Source: Octopus vulgaris
Taxonomy: Eukaryota
NCBI GenBank assembly: GCA_951406725.2
Contig: OX597826.1
Location: forward strand, 73,594,001 to 73,658,000
DNA length: 64,000 bases
Direction: 5' to 3'
Shown: positions 56,058 to 64,000 of the stretch, one piece after another
Numbering within the stretch: position 1 is the stretch's first letter
How the letters are laid out: every line of letters begins with the position of its first letter
Position numbers and translations under genes: made by a program
Notes under the pieces: model-generated
What the model was told of the DNA's origin: nothing
Seen by the model: the letters and a program-made list of their open reading frames with translations, nothing else
The model's database searches: none

Positions 56058-56573
56058 CCTAGAAAGTTACCCTCTGATGCACAGCTACCATCTGAGGCAG
56101 AGTTACCCTCTGAGGCACAAGTCAGACAAGATTGTTTATGGAAGACTAGCAGTCACCCATGCATGACCTGCCTGCCTTCTCCATGCCATGAATGTCATCC
56201 AAGAGAATGGCAAAGGCTGATGCAGCCTGGCACCAGTGACATTGCAACTCATTTCTGCAACTGAGTGAACTGGAGCAACATGAAATAAAGTGTCTTGCTC
56301 AAGAACACAACACAACACAGCCTAGTTTGAGAATTGAACTACCTACCTTGTGATTGTGAACCTGAAACTCTAACCACTGAGCCATCAACCTTCACATAAC
56401 ATACAACCATACGTATATATATAATTATTACAAAATCATTACAATATTAGACAGAATGCTTTGTCGTGTTCATTCTGGTGGGTTGAGAGTTCAATTCCTG
56501 CCAAGGCCAACTTTGTTGCTTTTCATCTTTTCCAGTTCAATAACTATAGAACTAATTATGGATCTGGGTCGAT

Positions 56574-56601
56574 CTCTGTCTGTCTCTCTCTCTCTCTCTG
56601 T

Positions 56602-56663
<62 letters not shown>

Positions 56664-56883
56664 CGCACACACACACACACACTCTCCTGTCTCTCTCTCT
56701 CACACACACACACTCTCTCTCTCTCTCACATACACTCTCTTTCTCTCTCTCCTTTCTCTCTATCTCACACATACACACACAGTCCCTCACACACACACAC
56801 TCCTGTCTCTCCTCTCTCTCTCTTTCTAACTATCTATCTATTTCTCTCTCTCTCACATACACACACAGTCCCTCACACACACA

Positions 56884-56914
<31 letters not shown>

Positions 56915-57103
56915 ACACACACACACATTCTCCTGTCTCTCTTCTTTCTTTCTCTATCAATCTATTTCCATCTCTCTCTCACATACACTATCCCTCACAC
57001 ACACACTCTTTCTCTCTCCTCTCTCTTCCTCTCTCTCTCTCTCTCTTTATCTATCTATCTATTTCCATCTCTCTCTCACATACACTGTCCCTCACACACA
57101 CAC
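56574..57103. repeat. (CT)n/(CA)n compound tract with an internal higher-order repeat
   Basis: Seen directly in the sequence. Confidence 0.93.
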
Positions 57104-57933
57104 TGCGAGTGAAAGAACCTGTTTAATCAAGAATGTGAAAAAGGAGAAAGCAAAGTCTTCAGTGTGAGTCTGTGGTTTGTGGGGTCGACCGCGTCCTCCG
57201 CTTCATTTTTTGTTAATCACTCATTCTCATCTAATTGTATATATTTTAATTGTTTGTTTATTCATATGTTTCGTCTCATTCGATATCCTGACCCCCAACG
57301 TTTGTTTTGTCCCCTCTTTTTCTCAACCTTATGGTGAATAAAGAAATACTCTCCCTCTCTCTCTCTCTTTCTCTATCTATCTATCTCTCTCTCTCTCACA
57401 CACACAGACACACTGAAAGAAATCAGCATCCCAACGGTTCCATCAGCAGTTGATGCCTCACCACCATCACAATTATTCGTGTGTGTGTGTAAACCTCTTG
57501 TCAATGGACAGTATTTAGAAACCTGTTTAAGTAGACTCTACAGCTAATTCAAATGTGTAGCCTTGTCACACTGATTCCTGTTAAGGATGACTGTGTCTGT
57601 GGAACCCTCGGCCAGTTTATTCACTAAGTCAATGAACAGCATGCTAAAGCATCTCATTTTTTCTCTCGACGGGAAGAATCCATTCACGGGATGCATGGCC
57701 TCAAATCATTCAGTTTTGCAGTTTCAGCATGCCCTATAGAGTGCGATGTGGTACGTATTTGGGAGGAAGCCCCAAATATTTGTATTAGATTTCACGCTAT
57801 TCATTTTTGCCTCTGTGTTAAACTAGCTTACTTATTTCATTGTTCGCGAGTTGGTCGATCTGCCTGACACCACTTCGACGTCGTGTTCGTCGTCATAGTA
57901 GTGGTGGTAGTTGTGGTGGTGGTGGTGGTAGTT

Positions 57934-57995
<62 letters not shown>

Positions 57996-59180
57996 TGGTG
58001 TTGTTGTTATTGTTAGATTTTATTCTTTCATTTCCCAATTTTCAGCAAATGTTATCTTTTAAATTTATTTATTTATTTATTTATTGGCTCTTCGTTAAAA
58101 AAAAATACAGGGGACGTAAATCTTTAAAAACTATTATGCTGCTGTCGTTATGAGTTACTTCCCTTCCTTTCCCGTGCCTTCTGCTATACGATTAATTCTT
58201 AATATCCGTATCAAAAATCTCATTCTTCTTCCCAAATCTTGCGGATCCATGGACCCGGGGTTTAACCCTAGTTTACATCGAGTTAAAAGCTAAATATCAC
58301 CCAAAATAGGATGCTGAGAGGGGGGTTTTTTTCCAAGTCAGAAAACAATTATAAATTGTCAGTTGTGAACCTTTACGATGCAGTTCCGGTGACAGGGGAC
58401 AAATGCTGATTGTTCCACTTGTCCAGTGCTTGTCCCTCTCGTGTGGGCATTTATAGCTTACTCCCTGAGGACGTGTACACCTGTCTTGTTGTTTCATAAA
58501 CCATGTGTTTTAATAGTAAAATATAAATTTTTAACATTGGCAAAGAAGCAAAATATTTCAGTCAATTGATTCGTTTGGGGTACATATCTGTTGGGTTTTA
58601 TTATTATTATTATTATTATTATTAAACGGAAAAGTATTTGGAATTAACGGGGCACTAGCAAGATTTGAACTCAGGACGCAAAAAGACCTAACTATATGCC
58701 GAGAGACGTCTATTAGAGCATTCTATCTGCGTTGTCATTCCACTATCCTAATATATTTTACAGTATAAATCTTATAACAAAGTTCACAATAATAACTTAG
58801 TAATAAAGACTTCAATGGAATTTATTTTACCGAACCCTCGAGGGTATTTTTAATGCGAAATCGATCACTGTGTTTTGAACTCAAAATGTAAGGAAATGCA
58901 GTTTAATACCACAAAATGTAGACAGTGGCTCTATTGTAATTTATTTCATTGTCTCATACTCTTGGAGTATTACGAATCAAGTCATCAAGCTCATTGAAGC
59001 AGTACAATATATATTGTTGCTTGATATTATTAAGTTGTTCCTAAGTATTTGTGATTTATAACTAATAAAATTACGGGAAGGAAATCGAATCTGTTCGTGA
59101 AATCTTTAACGTCAGTCACTGAACAACGAGGAATAACCGTTAGAATGTGTTGCTTCGGAAAATCTTGTTGTTTGTGAAGC

Positions 59181-59195
59181 CACGTGACACGTGAC
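59181..59195. promoter_or_regulatory. Tandem E-boxes CACGTG-A-CACGTG(AC)
   Basis: Two canonical CACGTG hexamers about 145 nt upstream of the ATG of the 505-aa ORF. Confidence 0.4.
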
Positions 59196-59334
59196 TTGGC
59201 ACCATGGTCAACGTGAAGCTGCGTTTGTCGCAGAATTAGTTTTTGTTTTGTTTTGTTTTATTATGTTCTTTGACGGTTATATTTTGTACAAGTATCATCG
59301 ATAGTCGACAAGACGGGGTAGAAACAATAAAATA

Positions 59335-60852
59335 ATGTCTCACTTGCACTTCAAATCTGGACCAACACGGTCAGATATGAGTGAAATGTACAAAATGCTT
59401 CGGAATACAAGCCAACAAATCGATAAAGGTCTCAAAGTCATGATGGCACAACTGAGAGAGGAGCTTTTCTCCAATGCAATGTTTACAGAAATTGCCGAGT
59501 TGGACGGAGATAAGATGCAGAATCTACTGATGGAAATGAAGACAATTATTGATGCAGATCAGCTGACTGAAGTAAGAGATATAATGGAGCCGAAAGCGAT
59601 TCACGCCTCGAATAAAGATTTGAATATGAATAACGAGAACTATTCTGAAGAGCCGAACCAATATAATGATTACAACATCGAAGAACTGTCATTACCGGTT
59701 TTACCAGAGTTTGAAAAAGAAACGCAAGAAGATACAGAAGACACATTGAACGAAGCTAATCAGACAAGAGAAACTACTAAAAACGATGTGGAATATATTA
59801 ATAATGAAAACGAAAGCCACCAAAGTATGATATTTACTGTTTCGCCGTCGACTGGTTCACAAATATCTAGTGATGAAATGGCTGAAGAGACTGACGAAGC
59901 AGAAATGACATTTTTATTGCATCCCTCTCCTATATCTTCAGCAAATGAGGATGACATCCATTATCATGTGCAGTCTCTGAGTGATATGCTTCAAACTGAA
60001 CATTTGGCAAACCTGACGAAAAGGAAATATTCATTCTGGCACGCAGTAAAAAATTTTCACTTAGCTGAACTAAATATGAATTGGAGCAATGTGAATCCAC
60101 CTCTAGTGTATATGATCTCTACAACTGAAACGTCTCAAGGGAGTAAATCAGCCATTGAAGAATTAGCAGAATGTTTGACGACACTCTGTTTCAAAATGGA
60201 AACAGTGATTCTGCTGCAAAAAGTTCAAAAAAACATTTCCAAGTATAAACAAATTGACGAAATCATGCAGAATCTTTTCAAATTTTACAGTAGCGGGGAA
60301 GTTTGTAGACGCCTCATTGAGTTATGGCGTGTTGGGACAGACGCTGAGGAAATTACATCGTTTTTGACGTGGAATTCAAAAGAAGAATGGTATAGTAATA
60401 ATGTCTGGTCCTGCTTCAAGAATGATCCAAGAGATTCCAGAAAGAATGTCAATTGGCAATTGAAAATAAATAGTGATCAATCAAAACGCTCCAGACTTCC
60501 TGAGCAAATTACAAATCGAACCAAACGAAGGTCTTTTCGCCAAACTGTTTATCCAAGAGAGACGAAATATCAAGGAAGGAATTATAAATTTAGGAGTGAC
60601 TCAGTTATTGTCACCAAAAGAAAATCTAAAGAATCTAATGCAAAATGCAATTATATACACGTGAATTCGCTGGAGTCGAAGACTCCAAAAACTGAAAGGA
60701 ACTACAGGCGAACCACACGCCACATCAGAACCGTACACTGCCAGAGGAAAAAGAATTTCTCGAATGATAATTATCCAAACCATTCCTATAGTGCCATGCG
60801 AGAGATACACTGTGCTGATATGCGTCGTGGAGCTAGGAGATTCTTAAAGTGA
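59335..60852 (+). CDS. Intronless 505-aa uncharacterised protein (acidic N-half, helical middle, basic C-terminus)
   Basis: 1518-nt non-repetitive ORF in AT-rich DNA, A-rich start context (aataATG), and ATTAAA at 61021 followed by an A-rich tract. No domain recognised. Confidence 0.75.
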   Translation: MSHLHFKSGPTRSDMSEMYKMLRNTSQQIDKGLKVMMAQLREELFSNAMFTEIAELDGDKMQNLLMEMKTIIDADQLTEVRDIMEPKAIHASNKDLNMNNENYSEEPNQYNDYNIEELSLPVLPEFEKETQEDTEDTLNEANQTRETTKNDVEYINNENESHQSMIFTVSPSTGSQISSDEMAEETDEAEMTFLLHPSPISSANEDDIHYHVQSLSDMLQTEHLANLTKRKYSFWHAVKNFHLAELNMNWSNVNPPLVYMISTTETSQGSKSAIEELAECLTTLCFKMETVILLQKVQKNISKYKQIDEIMQNLFKFYSSGEVCRRLIELWRVGTDAEEITSFLTWNSKEEWYSNNVWSCFKNDPRDSRKNVNWQLKINSDQSKRSRLPEQITNRTKRRSFRQTVYPRETKYQGRNYKFRSDSVIVTKRKSKESNAKCNYIHVNSLESKTPKTERNYRRTTRHIRTVHCQRKKNFSNDNYPNHSYSAMREIHCADMRRGARRFLK

Positions 60853-61988
60853 TTCCACAACGAATTTAACCAAAATCAAAATATTACAAATTCGGTTCCC
60901 ACAAGACTTGGTGAATTATTCCGAGCAAAGTGGTGAAATCAAATCGTCTGCCCAGACATTCCCGATGGACGATACATCTGATACCTGACTGACCCAGCTT
61001 TCTTCTCTTCTTACTTCAGGATTAAATCTCGCCTTCTGGTTTCGGTACGAAGAATATGTGTTTTTAAAAAAGAAAAGTCATTAACAAACAAAAAAAAATT
61101 TAAAAAGAGAAAAGTAAAAATCAAAAAAGAATACATAAATATTTATTTAAAAAAAACAGGTTGAATGGAAATAGTGGTTTTATTAGACTTTCCACAGTGG
61201 AATGTTTCTGATATTTGTGAACCACACCCTTAATCCCCAAGCATGTGCGTGCGGTCAATCTCACCCTATCTCTCTGTCTCTTCTATCCACCCCTGCAAAT
61301 ACACAAACACACACACACACACACACATACACAAACATGTACACATATATTTTTACACAGGACAAAAACATACATACAAAAATTTGTACCAAAACAGACA
61401 GAATATTTTCAGAAACCAACCCCAGTGGTGCCCTTTTTTCCAGGAATCTCTGCGATTCAACCGCATTTGGAGAGAGGGTACCCATACTCACCCATACTAG
61501 GTAGTGCATAAAACTGCAAGAGTTGCTATATACGAATATACCTTACATAGAATGTATATACATGTATGACCACACGTTACGTATGCACGTGTATATACAC
61601 CAATTAGAAAACATGTATACACATTACGTAACATTTAAGCGCGTATATACTTTATAGTGCGTAACCTAAACATGCATATATTCACATACTTGTAGATGAT
61701 AGTATGTGATATACACACATACCTGTATATACATTAACATACACACGTTACGAAACATAGACACATACGCATATAACAGAAATATACACATATGAACAGA
61801 TATGTATGTGTGTATATATATATATATGTGTGTAATTTAGACATATATATATATGTATATATATAGATGTATATATAATGTATGCAAATATATGTATATA
61901 TGTATTTATAAATATATATGTATGTATAAATATGTGTGTGTGTGTGTGTGTATATGTATATATATATATATATATGTATGTGTGTATA

Positions 61989-62048
<60 letters not shown>

Positions 62049-62072
62049 ATACATCTGTTATATATATATGTG

Positions 62073-62423
62073 ATGGGGGTGGAAATGACAAGTAACAATT
62101 TAAGAAGGAATCTAATAAAATGATTCTAAAAATTATATATATAAAAAATATTACCAGTTTTGATGGTGAATCTCGTTTTATCAAATATCAGTAAAAATTT
62201 ATAAAAACTTGAAGTAAAAAACAATTCATCTTCTGTCTGGGGGTCACAAACATGTTTTTACTTCAAATGTTTATAGATTTTTACTGATATTTGATAAGAT
62301 GAGATTCATCATCGAAACAGGTAATTTTTTTTTTTTTTTTTATAATTTTAAAATCCTTTTTAATTAAATTCCTTCTTAAATTGAAATGTCTTAGATTTAC
62401 TTCTATGCTATTTCCACCTCCAT
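62073..62423. repeat. Diverged fold-back inverted repeat
   Basis: Arms include caatttaagaaggaat / attccttcttaaattg and ttatcaaatatcagtaaaaa / tttttactgatatttgataa. Confidence 0.85.
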
Positions 62424-62717
62424 TAATAAAAATTTGATTTGTATAAACCTCTAATCTTTAACCAACTATATATATATATATAATATATATACATGCATAC
62501 ATATAAGTACATATACAATGCGTGTGCACGTGTGTATGAGACTATATAATCCACTCCATAATATTTACATTTACTGAGGATCTCTATTAAACCCATGGTA
62601 TACGATACATAGATTTATTGATGTTATTACCGACTTACACACACGTACATGCACGGACATAGATACACCCACGCATGCATATATACATACATATATACAT
62701 TCGTATATACATGCATG

Positions 62718-63232
62718 CATACATGCATACATACATACATACATACATACATACATACATACATACGTACGTACGTACGTACGTACATACATACATACAT
62801 ACATACATACATACATACATACATCATACATACATACATACATACATACATACATACATACATACATGCATACATACATACATACATACATACATACATA
62901 CATACATACATGTACATACATACATACATACATACATACATACATACATACATACGTACATACATACATACATACATACATACATACATACATACATACA
63001 TACATACATACATACATACATACATACATACATACATACATACATACATACATGCATACATACATACATACATACATACATACATACATACATACATACA
63101 TACATACATACATACATACATACATACATACATACGTGCATACATGCATACATGCATACATACATACATACATACATACATACATACATACATACATACA
63201 TACATACATACATACATACATACATACATACG
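62718..63232. repeat. (TACA)n microsatellite, about 500 bp
   Basis: Seen directly; it is the source of the MYVC/HTYI ORFs. Confidence 0.97.
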
Positions 63233-64000
63233 CACACACACACGTACATATATAAACCTACACATAGACACACACACATACACGCACACACAGCGTTCCC
63301 AAAGAAACGGACAAATCTGTCGGAAGTTTCTCTGAAACAGAGGAAATATTTGCAATTTAAATCCCTTTTATGTTTTTTAAACAAGAATAAAAGAAAAAAA
63401 ACTTTCATCTGGCGATGAAGTTAACCTATGACGGTGCCTTAATACAAGTACCAGTGATATTCTGTGGTAGAGCCATACATAGACGATAGCCCTTCCTATG
63501 TGCCTGGTTAAAAAATAGCAATTAATTATAGTCTAGATGTATATTTACACTTTACTGGAGTCTGCCTGCTATTACAGATGCTTTCAATAAAGAGGAACTT
63601 TCTTCACTCAACACTTTTATATTTTTATTGTTGCCGCTGCCTCTGTTGTTGCTTTTTGTCTTCATTTTTTAAAGAAAGTATTTAAAACATTTTATTATGT
63701 GTTGTCTTTATATGCATTTATGATTATGTTTGTTAATTTGTATATAAATGTTTGATGTCGTTGTGTCCCGTTCATCGCCACGCGATTTTTTTTATTGAAA
63801 ATATTTTTTAAAAAACTGTCTAACGATTCGTTTTGCGTTTGCCTAAATAAAACTGAATATAATTAACCTGTAAATATCATGAAGGAAAAATGATTATAGA
63901 ATGAAAAATTATTATAAAAGAGGCGATTGATTGTAAAAAAATCAGAAGAGTAGGGTTAAAATACTTTATGGTTACGGTCGGGAAATTTGTAGCGAGGTAT

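Noticed and set aside
62571-63418. Long ORFs of 200-250 aa (MYVC/HTYI repeats) and similar YI/CV/TH ORFs throughout the window
   Set aside because: They are translations of stop-free microsatellites with no coding evidence.

Overview
Repeat-rich, AT-rich animal genomic DNA. The SINE families and microsatellite density suggest an octopus or other coleoid cephalopod; this is an inference. The main gene is a + strand otopetrin (OTOP proton channel, OtopLc-like), reconstructed by hand from 7 phase-compatible GT-AG coding exons between 19453 and 45117. These encode about 597 codons; the start exon was not found. A second candidate gene is an intronless 505-aa ORF (59335-60852) with no family I recognise. 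The rest is tRNA-headed SINEs of at least 3 families, a CR1-like LINE relic, mariner and piggyBac-type remnants/MITEs, fold-back palindromes, Penelope-type minimal hammerhead ribozyme motifs, a 51-bp minisatellite and many microsatellites. Most entries in the ORF track are microsatellite artefacts. The main points of interest are: an apparently intact sense-strand hammerhead ribozyme in an otopetrin intron; substitutions at two normally conserved otopetrin positions; a duplicated in-frame splice donor that may create a micro-exon; and SINEs that sit directly upstream of their own copies or share an identical dimer junction.
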